DNA of 32,000 bases from Propionibacterium ruminifibrarum (lineage in GTDB: Bacteria; Actinomycetota; Actinomycetes; Propionibacteriales; Propionibacteriaceae). The translations under genes were made by a program, and so were the position numbers. Positions 17,990 through 26,095 of the stretch are shown in pieces (position 1 is the first letter of the stretch; each line of letters begins with the position of its first letter). The notes under the pieces were generated by a model, which was not told the origin of the DNA, made no database searches, and worked only from the letters and a program-made list of their open reading frames with translations. The DNA is taken from contig NZ_OMOH01000004.1 in the NCBI RefSeq assembly GCF_900289195.1, positions 210,001 to 242,000 of the forward strand, given 5' to 3'.

Positions 17990-19387
17990 TCAGCGCCCGG
18001 GCGCATGGACCGTGCTCGTGGCCCCGGACTCCTCGACGAGCAGGCCGTCGACGACCGTCGTGAATCGTGGCGCCTCGCGCAGCATGGCCCCGTCGCTGGA
18101 GTAGATCGTCCAGCTGTCGTCCCTGCTGGCCCTGCCGCCGTGGGTGTAGGTGCGGGCCAGCACCATCGACCCATCGGCGCTGACCAGATCGATGAAGTCG
18201 GCATCGATGAGTTCGCGTGAGGGCAGCATCCTGATGCTGCCGCCGAAACGGATGGCCACCACCTCGCCCGAGGCATCGACACCGGCCTTGGTCGTGAACC
18301 GGCTGCTCATGAGCAGGTCGTCCCGGGAGTAGAGCAGCCCGCTCGAACCGTAGCCGGGCAGGTTGATCGCGTCGACGTCCCCACGGCGGTTGCCGTTCAG
18401 GTCGAAGACGAGCCGGGACAGCCCGCCGCCGTTGCCGTTGGTCGTGAAGCCGTTCCACAGCCATTCGACCGACAGTTCGTCGCCGGCGTGGTCGTACTCG
18501 GTGGGGTCCAGGCTGAACCGGCCGGTGTCCAGGTCGATGACGGCGATCTGCGCGTCGGCATACGAGACGCACCCGAGATGATCGCCGAGGAAGCGGCACT
18601 GGCCCCACCAGGGCAGGTCGAGCCGCCAGTCCACCGCGCCGTCGGGGCCGACGGCGAGCACCTGTTGGTTGTCGGGGCCGGCCGCCTCGGTGATGACCAG
18701 GGTTCCGTCGCGCTCGCCCTGGGCTTGGACGAAGGACAACTCCTCACTGTCCTCGAGGACGACCCGCTGCCCGCCGGTCGCTATGTCGACGGCCACGAGC
18801 CGGTTGAGCCCGTCGTCCGTCACCCGCGCGCAGTAGACGGAGCTGGCCAGGACGGCGGCACGGCCCATGCACCTCAGCCCGGTGACCCGCCAGCGTTCGG
18901 CGCCGGTGGCGGTGTCGAGGCCGACCAGGTCCTCGCTGCTCTCGTCCTGGCCGTTGGAGCCGCGTTGCGTTGCGACCGTCGTCCAGTCCGAGGAGCGGCC
19001 CAGCACCGTCGCATCGGTGCGCCACGAGGTGTACCCGTCGGCGTAGCCGGTGTTGAGCCAGTCGCCGTCGGAGCTCTGCGGCGAGTAGGCGACCCGCCGG
19101 GCGGCGTACTCGGCAGTGCCCGGGCCGCCCAGGAGGGTGTTGGTCACGAGCCCTGCCACGAGGACGAAGACCACTGCGAAAATGACGAGCCAGACCCGCA
19201 GGATCCTGCGGGCGCGGTCACCCAGACCGCGGCGGGCCGGCAGTACCGGGGTGTCGGGGTCGTCGGTGCTGGCCCGCCGAGGGGAGGCCTCGGGATGCAG
19301 CGTCGGGCCACTGGCGTGGCCGGGCTGCTCGGTGCTCGATGACGCGTCCGGTTCGGGGGTGTCGGACGCGCCCTGCTGCTGCGACAT
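17990..19387 (-). CDS. Membrane-anchored protein with PQQ-like beta-propeller repeats
   Basis: Start is ATG at 19387 (MSQQQG..., GGGAGAA upstream). Has a disordered N-terminus and a single TM segment (VWLVIFAVVFVLVAGLV). Repeated (L/I)D..TG...W motifs: GLDTATGAERWRV, VAVDIATGGQRV, VIDLDTGRFSL. The upstream 310 codons of the track ORF are antisense to ppgK. Confidence 0.65.
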   Translation of the reverse strand: MSQQQGASDTPEPDASSSTEQPGHASGPTLHPEASPRRASTDDPDTPVLPARRGLGDRARRILRVWLVIFAVVFVLVAGLVTNTLLGGPGTAEYAARRVAYSPQSSDGDWLNTGYADGYTSWRTDATVLGRSSDWTTVATQRGSNGQDESSEDLVGLDTATGAERWRVTGLRCMGRAAVLASSVYCARVTDDGLNRLVAVDIATGGQRVVLEDSEELSFVQAQGERDGTLVITEAAGPDNQQVLAVGPDGAVDWRLDLPWWGQCRFLGDHLGCVSYADAQIAVIDLDTGRFSLDPTEYDHAGDELSVEWLWNGFTTNGNGGGLSRLVFDLNGNRRGDVDAINLPGYGSSGLLYSRDDLLMSSRFTTKAGVDASGEVVAIRFGGSIRMLPSRELIDADFIDLVSADGSMVLARTYTHGGRASRDDSWTIYSSDGAMLREAPRFTTVVDGLLVEESGATSTVHAPGR

Positions 19388-19540
19388 TGGTGTTTCTCCC
19401 AGATTGTGTGCGCCCCATCCAATCAGCCCGTCGGCTGTGATGGTGTGCGCCCACGCCCGGCGCCGCCGCAATGGCCGCCCCTGCGGGCGGGGAGGAGGCG
19501 CCGAGTAGCCCATCAGGTCCGAGCCACGTAGCATGAGCCC

Positions 19541-20284
19541 ATGGCCTACACCCTCGGAATCGACATCGGCGGCTCGGGCATCAAGGGCGCCCCGGCCGAC
19601 CTCGACAAGGGCGAGTTCGCGCTCCCCCGCCTGCGCATCCCCACGCCGCAGCCATCGACGCCGCAGGCCTGTGCGCAGGTCATCAGCGAGATCGTGGACC
19701 ACTTCGGCGACCAGACCGAGGGGCCGATCGGCGTCACCGTCCCGGCGCCGGTCATCCACGGCGTCACGCCCTCGATGGCCAATCTCGACCAGGGCTGGGC
19801 GGGGTTCGCCGCGCAGGACTTCCTTGCCGAACAGCTGCACCGCCCGGTCAGGCTCCTCAACGACGCCGACGCCGCCGGCATCGCCGAGATGCGCTTCGGC
19901 GCCGGCCGCGACAGGGATGGCCTGGTCATCATGACGACGCTCGGCACCGGCATCGGCACGGCCCTGTTCTACAACGGGGTGCTCATCCCCAACAGCGAAC
20001 TCGGCCACATGGAGGTCAACGGCCACGACGCCGAGACCCGCGCCTCGTCCGGCTACCGCGAGCGCGAGGGCCTCAGCTACAAGAAGTGGGCCAAGTCGTT
20101 GCAGCGCTACTACGCGGCGCTGGAGCGCCTGCTGTGCCCCGATCTGTTCATCGTCGGCGGCGGCGTGAGCAAGAAGCACGACCGTTTCCTGCCCCTGCTC
20201 GACCTTCACACGCCCATCGTGCCGGCCCAGCTGCGCAACGAGGCCGGCATCATCGGCGCGGCCCTGGCCGCGGCGCAGGACTAG
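19541..20284 (+). CDS. ppgK: Polyphosphate glucokinase (ROK family)
   Basis: 247-aa ORF. Motifs: LGIDIGGSGIKGA phosphate-1, LLNDADAAGIAE, TLGTGIGTALF, ELGHMEV. Size and sequence pattern match actinobacterial PpgK. Confidence 0.9.
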   Translation: MAYTLGIDIGGSGIKGAPADLDKGEFALPRLRIPTPQPSTPQACAQVISEIVDHFGDQTEGPIGVTVPAPVIHGVTPSMANLDQGWAGFAAQDFLAEQLHRPVRLLNDADAAGIAEMRFGAGRDRDGLVIMTTLGTGIGTALFYNGVLIPNSELGHMEVNGHDAETRASSGYREREGLSYKKWAKSLQRYYAALERLLCPDLFIVGGGVSKKHDRFLPLLDLHTPIVPAQLRNEAGIIGAALAAAQD

Positions 20285-20327
20285 GCCAGTTCCCAGCAGG
20301 GCCTGCTGACCCCACATTTCGCGCTCA

Positions 20328-20568
20328 CCCTGCGTTTCTCGTGCGTCTTTTCACGAAGAACGCAGGATCGCCAGCCCGACGACGAGGTCTCCACCCAGCC
20401 GACCCCCTCCGGGCCACAGACGCCCTGCGGTTTCCGTGTGTCTTTTCACGAGAAACGCAGGGTTTCTCACTCGACGATCAGCCGCCAACCACCCAGAGAA
20501 TCGCCTGCCAACCCCAGGCCTCGCGCTCACCCTGCGGTTTCCGTGCGTCATTCCACGAGAAACGCAGG
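20328..20568. repeat. Three tandemly spaced copies of the ~40-bp palindromic intergenic element
   Basis: Copy A is 20328-20366: CCCTGCGTTTCTCGTG-CGTCTTTT-CACGAAGAACGCAGG. Copy B is 20421-20462: CGCCCTGCGGTTTCCGTG-TGTCTTTT-CACGAGAAACGCAGGG. Copy C is 20530-20568: CCCTGCGGTTTCCGTG-CGTCATTC-CACGAGAAACGCAGG. Spacing is 95 and 107 bp. Copies A and C also share the upstream CGCGCTCAC. The cluster sits between the convergent ppgK and larC. Confidence 0.85.
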
Positions 20569-20587
20569 ACGAGGCCGCAGGGGCGCC

Positions 20588-21919
20588 TCAGCCGAGGCGT
20601 TCGCCGGAGCGGAGCCCGGCGGCCTCGGCGGCCGCACGGGCGCCTGCGAGGACATCGGCCACGGGGCGGCCGAGGTCGGCGGCCAGGGCCGCCACGTCGT
20701 CGAACTCGGGCTGGGCCTGGACGATGACGCCGTCCCGGTGCCCGATCTTGACCCACACCGCGTGGCCGTCGACGGTGACCGTGCGCCAATCGCGGGCCAG
20801 CACGTCACGGACGACACCGGCGTAGCGGCGCACACCGAAAGTGCTCGTCAGCGTCATGATCCGGGCACTCAGGGCGTCGGCCTGGGCCGGCGCGCAGAGC
20901 ACGTGGAGCACGTGTGCGGGACGGCCCTTCTTCATGACCGCCGGCTCCGACCAGGCGTCGAAGGCACCGGCCGTCATGAGGGCGGCGAGCACCTCCGGCC
21001 AGACACGCGGGTCGAGGTCGTCGATGTTGGCGGCCAACTCGCAGACCTCATCGGAGCCTGCCGGCTGGGTGTCCTCGTCGCCGAGCACGACCCGCACCAC
21101 GTTGGGACGTCCCGGGATGTCCTTGGTGCCGGCCCCCACGCCGACGGCTCGGGTCGTCATGGCGGGCTGGGGGCCGGGGCGCTCGGCGAGGACGGTGACG
21201 AGGGCCATGCCGGTCGGGGTGCAGAGCTCTCCCGGCATCGGACCGCCGGCCCCGCCGTGGCCCTGGTGCCCCGCGGCATGCTCGTGGGTGTCGTGGCCGT
21301 GCGGATGCGTGTGGGCGTGGTCGCCCCCGTGGTGGCCGTGGTGGTGCCCGTGGTGTCCTGCCGGCACGAGCCCGGCCGTGGTCGGCCAGCCCAGGGCGAG
21401 CTGCGCGACGGCCGGGACCGGCACGGGCATGAGCCCGTGGGCCACCTGCACCTCGCCGGCGCCGACGGCGACCGGGGTGGCCACGACCCTCTCGACGCCG
21501 AGCAGGCGAAGCCCCTCGCAGCAGGCGACGACGTCGGCGATGGAGTCGAGCGCGCCCACCTCGTGGAAGTGGATCTGCTCGGGGTCGACGCCGTGCACAT
21601 GGCCCTCGGCCCGGGCGATCGCCTCGAAGACGGCCAGGGCGCGAGCCCTCGTCGTCGGTGCCAGCTCGGCCCGCTCCAGCAGGGCGCGGATACTCGCCCA
21701 GGTGCGGTGCGGCGGGTCGTCGACGAGGGTGGCGACCTCCGCCTTGGTGGCGCGCATGCCCTGGCGCGTGGCCGGTGCTGCGGTCAGGCGGACGGAGCCG
21801 GGGATGACGGCGTCGACGGCGGCCTGCAGGGCGTCGACGTCGGCGCCCGCGTCGATGAGTGCGCCCATCATCATGTCGCCGGCCATGCCGGCGGAGGCGT
21901 CCAGCCACAGGGTCGTCAT
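20588..21919 (-). CDS. larC: Nickel insertion protein LarC (DUF111; nickel-pincer cofactor biosynthesis)
   Basis: Start is ATG at 21919 (GAGGAGAA upstream). N-terminal LWLDASAGMAGDMMMGALIDAG, HFHEVGALDSIADV, an internal His-rich tract, and C-terminal KKGRPAHVLHVL. Operon context with larB and larE. Confidence 0.85.
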   Translation of the reverse strand: MTTLWLDASAGMAGDMMMGALIDAGADVDALQAAVDAVIPGSVRLTAAPATRQGMRATKAEVATLVDDPPHRTWASIRALLERAELAPTTRARALAVFEAIARAEGHVHGVDPEQIHFHEVGALDSIADVVACCEGLRLLGVERVVATPVAVGAGEVQVAHGLMPVPVPAVAQLALGWPTTAGLVPAGHHGHHHGHHGGDHAHTHPHGHDTHEHAAGHQGHGGAGGPMPGELCTPTGMALVTVLAERPGPQPAMTTRAVGVGAGTKDIPGRPNVVRVVLGDEDTQPAGSDEVCELAANIDDLDPRVWPEVLAALMTAGAFDAWSEPAVMKKGRPAHVLHVLCAPAQADALSARIMTLTSTFGVRRYAGVVRDVLARDWRTVTVDGHAVWVKIGHRDGVIVQAQPEFDDVAALAADLGRPVADVLAGARAAAEAAGLRSGERLG

Positions 21920-21929
21920 CGTGTTCTCC

Positions 21930-22643
21930 TCATTGATCTGTCGGGGCAAGATTCGCGTGCGCGATCTGTGCGGCGAGGTGGCCGGCTCCGTAGCCGTTGT
22001 CGATGTTGACCACCGCCACGCCCGGTGCGCAGGCGTTGAGCATGGCCAGCAGCGCGGTCATCCCCTCGAAGGCCGCCCCGTAGCCCACCGAGGTGGGCAC
22101 GGCGATGACCGGGGCCGCGACGAGCCCGGCCACCACCGATGGCAGGGCACCATCCATACCGGCCACGACGACGATGACGGACGCCTGTTCCAGCAGGGTA
22201 CGCCGCGCGAGCACCCGGTGCAGCCCGGCCACCCCCACATCGACGACCAGCTCCGCGCGACAGCCCAGGTAGCGGGCCGTCAGCCAGGCCTCCCGGGCCA
22301 CCGGGATGTCGGAGGTACCGGCGCAGGCGACGACGACGAGACCGCCGCGGGCCGCCGGCACCTCGCCGGGCCACGCGAGCAGGCCGGCCTGCTCGTCCCA
22401 CAGCGCGCCGGGCAGGGCCTCTGCGACGGCCTCGGCGCGCCGGGCGTCCATGCGGGTGAACAGGGCCACCTGCCCCGCGGGGCGTTCGCGCAGCGCCGCG
22501 GCGATGGCGACCAGCTGGCCGACCGACTTGCCGGGCCCGTAGACGGCCTCGGGGATGCCGCGGCGATCGGCGCGGGCGGCGTCGAGGTCGGCGATCCCGT
22601 CCAGGGGGCCGGGCCCGGGCCCGGCGGCGGCGCGCTCACTCAT
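21930..22643 (-). CDS. larB: LarB (PurE-like pyridinium-3,5-biscarboxylic acid mononucleotide synthase)
   Basis: 237-aa ORF with AIR-carboxylase-like motifs VVACAGTSDIPVA and VVAGMDGALPSVVAG. Its start overlaps the larE stop by 8 bp (ATGAGTGA). Confidence 0.85.
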   Translation of the reverse strand: MSERAAAGPGPGPLDGIADLDAARADRRGIPEAVYGPGKSVGQLVAIAAALRERPAGQVALFTRMDARRAEAVAEALPGALWDEQAGLLAWPGEVPAARGGLVVVACAGTSDIPVAREAWLTARYLGCRAELVVDVGVAGLHRVLARRTLLEQASVIVVVAGMDGALPSVVAGLVAAPVIAVPTSVGYGAAFEGMTALLAMLNACAPGVAVVNIDNGYGAGHLAAQIAHANLAPTDQ

Positions 22644-23505
22644 GGCGGTTCACGCTCACCAGTGGCAGGGTGAACGCGCCCGACTGGATACCCGCCAGGT
22701 CGAGCGTCACGAAACGGAAGCCGGCCGCCCGCACGCCGTCGACGACGCGCCGGCGCAGCTCGTCGTCGGCGAGGCGTCCAAGCTCGTCGGCGGGCACCTC
22801 GATGCGGGCGACGGCGCCGTGGTGGCGCACCCGCACGTCGCTGAAGCCCTCGGCCAGGACGACGTCCTCGGCGGCGTCGATCTGACGCAGCTTCTGCCCG
22901 GTCACCTGCTGCCCGTGCGGGATGCGGCTGGCCAGGCAGGGGGCGGCTGGCTTGTCGGCGACGGGCACGCCCCAGGCGCGGGCGATGGCCCGCACCTGCG
23001 CCTTGCTGAGGCCGCATTCGGCGAGGGGGCGCAGCACCGCGTGGTTGGTCGCGGCGCGGGCGCCGGGGCGGTCGGGCCGCAGCCTGTCGTCGGCGTTCTC
23101 GCCGTAGGCGACGGCGGCCAGCTGGTAGTCGCCGGCGATTTGCTCGTCGATGACGGTGAACAGCTCGTTCTTGCAGAAGAAGCAGCGGTCGGCGCCGTTG
23201 GCCGTGTAGCCGGGTATCTCGTCCTCGTGCGTCGTGATCTCGGCGAGTCGCACGCCGATGGCCTCCGCGGTCTCGTGCGCCGTCCGGCGTTCGCGGCGGG
23301 CCAGCGAGTCCGAGACGGCCAGCAGCGCCACGACCCGGTCGGGGCCGAGGGCCCGGACCGCTGCCGCGCACAGCAGCGCCGAGTCGACGCCGCCCGAGTA
23401 GGCGATGCCGAGGCGCCCGGTGGGCAGCGCCGCGCGCAGGTGCTCGACCAGCAGCGCGGCCTTCTCGCCGACGCCGCCGTGAGCCGGGACTGGTACAGCG
23501 CTCAC
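22636..23505 (-). CDS. larE: LarE (ATP-dependent sacrificial sulfur transferase, PP-loop ATPase)
   Basis: GTG start at 23505 overlaps the argS stop (GTGA). PP-loop GIAYSGGVDS and a conserved Cys context PAAPCLASRIPHG. The track ORF 22636-24474 is this gene fused to an out-of-frame antisense shadow of argS. Confidence 0.85.
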   Translation of the reverse strand: MSAVPVPAHGGVGEKAALLVEHLRAALPTGRLGIAYSGGVDSALLCAAAVRALGPDRVVALLAVSDSLARRERRTAHETAEAIGVRLAEITTHEDEIPGYTANGADRCFFCKNELFTVIDEQIAGDYQLAAVAYGENADDRLRPDRPGARAATNHAVLRPLAECGLSKAQVRAIARAWGVPVADKPAAPCLASRIPHGQQVTGQKLRQIDAAEDVVLAEGFSDVRVRHHGAVARIEVPADELGRLADDELRRRVVDGVRAAGFRFVTLDLAGIQSGAFTLPLVSVNRHE

Positions 23506-25145
23506 ATGCGCTCCGGGGCTGCCATGCCGAGCAGGTCGAGGCCGGCGGCCAGCACCTGGCGGGTGGCGGCGCACAGGCCCAGCCGTGAGGAGAGGACCTG
23601 CCCCTCGCTCCTGAGCACGGGGCACTTCTCGTAGAAGACCGAGTACTTGGTGGCCAGTTCGAACAGGTAGGTGCACAGCTTGTGCGGGGTCAGTTCGGCG
23701 GCCACCTCGTCGACCGCCTCGCCGAAGCGGGTCAGCCACAGGGCCAGTTCCTGCTCGGCGGGTTCGTCGATGACGGTGACGGGCCCCGTCCGGTGGCCCT
23801 CGGCCTCGGCCCTGCGCAGGATCTGGCAGACGCGGGCGTGCGCGTACTGCAGGTAGGGGCCGGTGTCGCCGGTGGTGGCCGTCATGCGTTCGGGGTCGAA
23901 GACGTAGTCCTTCTGCAGCGCGTTCGACAGGTCGGCGTACTTGATCGCGGCCAGCGCGATCTGGGGGGCGGCGTGCTGTTCGGCCTCGTCCAGCAGGTCG
24001 TCCAGGTGCACGGCCGTGCCCTCGCGGGTGGAGAACTTCTTGCCGTCGGGGCCGAGCACCATGCCGTAGCCGACGTGGCGTGCCTCGACCCGCTCGGGCA
24101 GGTAGCCGGCCTGGCGGGTGAGCGCGAAGATGAGGTTGAAGTGGTAGGTCTGTTCCGAGCCGACGACGTAGATGAGCCGGTCGGCGCCCAGCTCGTCGAC
24201 GCGGTAGCGGACGGCCGCCACGTCGGTGACGTCGTAGCCGTAGCCGCCCTGGGAGTTGCGCAGGATGGCGGGGGCGTCGAAGCCGTCGACGAAGACGACG
24301 AGGGCGCCCTGGTCGTGCACGGCGATGCCGCGTTCCTCGAGGTCGGCGCAGACCTGCGGGAGCATCTCGTTGTAGATCGACTCGCCGGCGTAGTCGGCGT
24401 CGGTCAGGCGCACGTTCATGCGCGCATAGGTCTGGTTGAAGCCGTTCTTCGACAGGCCGACGAGCTTGTCCCACATCCGGCCGGTGGTCTCGTCGCCGGC
24501 CTGCAGGGCGACGACCCGGTCGCGGGAGCGGGCGGCGAAGTCGTCGTCGGCCTTGATGTGGGCGTTGGCGCGCTGGTACAGCTCCTCGGCGCCGGCCAGG
24601 TCGAGGGCGTCGAGGTCGAGGCCCTCGTCGAGGGCCTGTTCGATGAGCATGCCGAACTGGCGGCCCCAGTCGCCGATGTGGTTCTGCGCGATGACGGTGT
24701 GTCCCTTGGCCGCCAGGACGCGGTGGAAGCAGTCGCCGATGATCGTCGAGCGCAGGTGCCCGACGTGCATCTGCTTGGCGGCGTTAGGCGCCGAGTAGTC
24801 GATGACGACGCGCTGGGGGGTCTGGGCCTGGGCGATGCCCGCGTGCTCGTCGGCGAGCTGGGCGTTGACCGCGGCGGCCAGCACGTCGGAACGCAGCCGC
24901 AGATTGATGAACCCGGGGCCGGCCACGTCGGGGGTCTCGCACAGGTCGTCGATGTCGAGCCTGGCGACGATGTCGGCCGCGACCTCGCGCGGCGGGCGTC
25001 CCTCGGCCTTGGCCAGGCGCAGGGCGACGTTCGACTGGAAGTGCCCGAACTGGGGCTTCGTGGCGGGTCGCAGCTCGGGATCGACGCCGGCGACGGCCTC
25101 GATGCGGGCGGCCAGCTGGGACGGCAAGGACGGCATGACATTCAT
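23502..25145 (-). CDS. argS: Arginine--tRNA ligase
   Basis: The HIGH-region variant is NAAKQMHVGHLRSTIIGD, and KKFSTREG sits in the KMSKS position. The C-terminal anticodon-binding domain ends in ...GMAAPERM. Start is ambiguous: ATG at 25145 or 25136, while the track uses 25172. Confidence 0.9.
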   Translation of the reverse strand: MNVMPSLPSQLAARIEAVAGVDPELRPATKPQFGHFQSNVALRLAKAEGRPPREVAADIVARLDIDDLCETPDVAGPGFINLRLRSDVLAAAVNAQLADEHAGIAQAQTPQRVVIDYSAPNAAKQMHVGHLRSTIIGDCFHRVLAAKGHTVIAQNHIGDWGRQFGMLIEQALDEGLDLDALDLAGAEELYQRANAHIKADDDFAARSRDRVVALQAGDETTGRMWDKLVGLSKNGFNQTYARMNVRLTDADYAGESIYNEMLPQVCADLEERGIAVHDQGALVVFVDGFDAPAILRNSQGGYGYDVTDVAAVRYRVDELGADRLIYVVGSEQTYHFNLIFALTRQAGYLPERVEARHVGYGMVLGPDGKKFSTREGTAVHLDDLLDEAEQHAAPQIALAAIKYADLSNALQKDYVFDPERMTATTGDTGPYLQYAHARVCQILRRAEAEGHRTGPVTVIDEPAEQELALWLTRFGEAVDEVAAELTPHKLCTYLFELATKYSVFYEKCPVLRSEGQVLSSRLGLCAATRQVLAAGLDLLGMAAPERM

Positions 25146-25287
25146 TCTCTCACGGGGCCGGGGGCCGGCCACCGCAGTGCAACCGGCTTGCAGTGACCGG
25201 GCCGGCGAGCAGGGCCAGGCGCCACCTGCCGCCCCGGGGGCCCGTGACAGGCCTGCGCCGTGGGACGGGCCGGCTGAGCCTGGCCGC

Positions 25288-25947
25288 TCAGCGCCCGTGG
25301 CGGGCCAGGGCGTCGGTGACGGACGTCTCCTGTGCGCCCATGATCGTCGCCTCGCGGCGTTGCACCAGGTCCACGATGAGCTTGGTGTTCGAGCCGAGCT
25401 CGCGGACGACGCCCCAGCGCCACGTGCTCGTCGCGTGGGGCTGCTCGTTGCCGACGCCGATGGCGTCCAGGCCGAGCATCCGGCAGGTCGTGACGGCCCG
25501 TGCGATGTGGTAGCTCTGCCCGATCACGGTCACCGAGGTGACGCCGAAGATGTCGCGCGCCCGGTAGCAGGAGTCGTAGGTGTCGAGCCCGGCGTAGTCG
25601 GCGACCACGTCCTCGCGCGGCACGCCCTGCTCGACGAGGTAGCCGACCATCGCGTCCGGTTCGGAGTAGGAGGTGGTGCGGTTGTCGCCGCTGACGAGGA
25701 TGACGCTCACCGAGCCCGCGTTGTACAGCGCGACGGCCTCGTCCAAGCGGCCCGACAGATATGGCGACGGCGTGCCGTCCGCTGACAGCCCCGCCCCCAA
25801 CACGAGGGCGACGTCACGGTAGGGGGCCTCGGTCGCGTCGTAGATGCGGTCGTGGGCGACGACGCGCACCCATGCGAAACCGCCTGCGGCGACGATGACT
25901 GCCAGCACGATGACGGCGCCGACGAGGCGGCGCAGGAATTTGAACAT
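25288..25947 (-). CDS. SanA/YdcF-like DUF218 membrane protein
   Basis: Start is ATG at 25947 (GGAGGAG upstream). Has an N-terminal TM anchor, then ALVLGAGL..G.PSPYL..RLD.A..LY..G....ILVSGDN and GVTSVTVIGQSYHIARA, typical of SanA/DUF218. Confidence 0.75.
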   Translation of the reverse strand: MFKFLRRLVGAVIVLAVIVAAGGFAWVRVVAHDRIYDATEAPYRDVALVLGAGLSADGTPSPYLSGRLDEAVALYNAGSVSVILVSGDNRTTSYSEPDAMVGYLVEQGVPREDVVADYAGLDTYDSCYRARDIFGVTSVTVIGQSYHIARAVTTCRMLGLDAIGVGNEQPHATSTWRWGVVRELGSNTKLIVDLVQRREATIMGAQETSVTDALARHGR

Positions 25948-26095
25948 CGCGGGCTCCTCCGATGATCGGGGTTGTTCGTGCAGGGGTTTTCGCGCGGGGC
26001 GCTCTTTCGAGGCTACCCGGGGATCACCTGTCGGCCGGTATCCGCCCCGGCGTGGCCGCACCCTGTACGCCCCGGAGGGCGTCTTCGCGGCTGCG

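Noticed and set aside
19388-20317. N-terminal 310 codons of the 775-aa minus ORF 17990-20317
   Set aside because: This part is antisense to ppgK and low-complexity. The real gene starts at the RBS-preceded ATG at 19387.
20351-20835. Short ORFs (66-129 aa) and the start of the 523-aa + ORF inside or next to the palindromic repeat cluster
   Set aside because: They are composed of repeat-element translations or are antisense to larC. They have no RBS and no protein-like composition.
23506-24474. Upstream 320 codons of the 612-aa minus ORF 22636-24474
   Set aside because: It is an out-of-frame overlap with argS on the same strand and is extremely R/P/G-rich. LarE starts at the GTG at 23505, which overlaps the argS stop.
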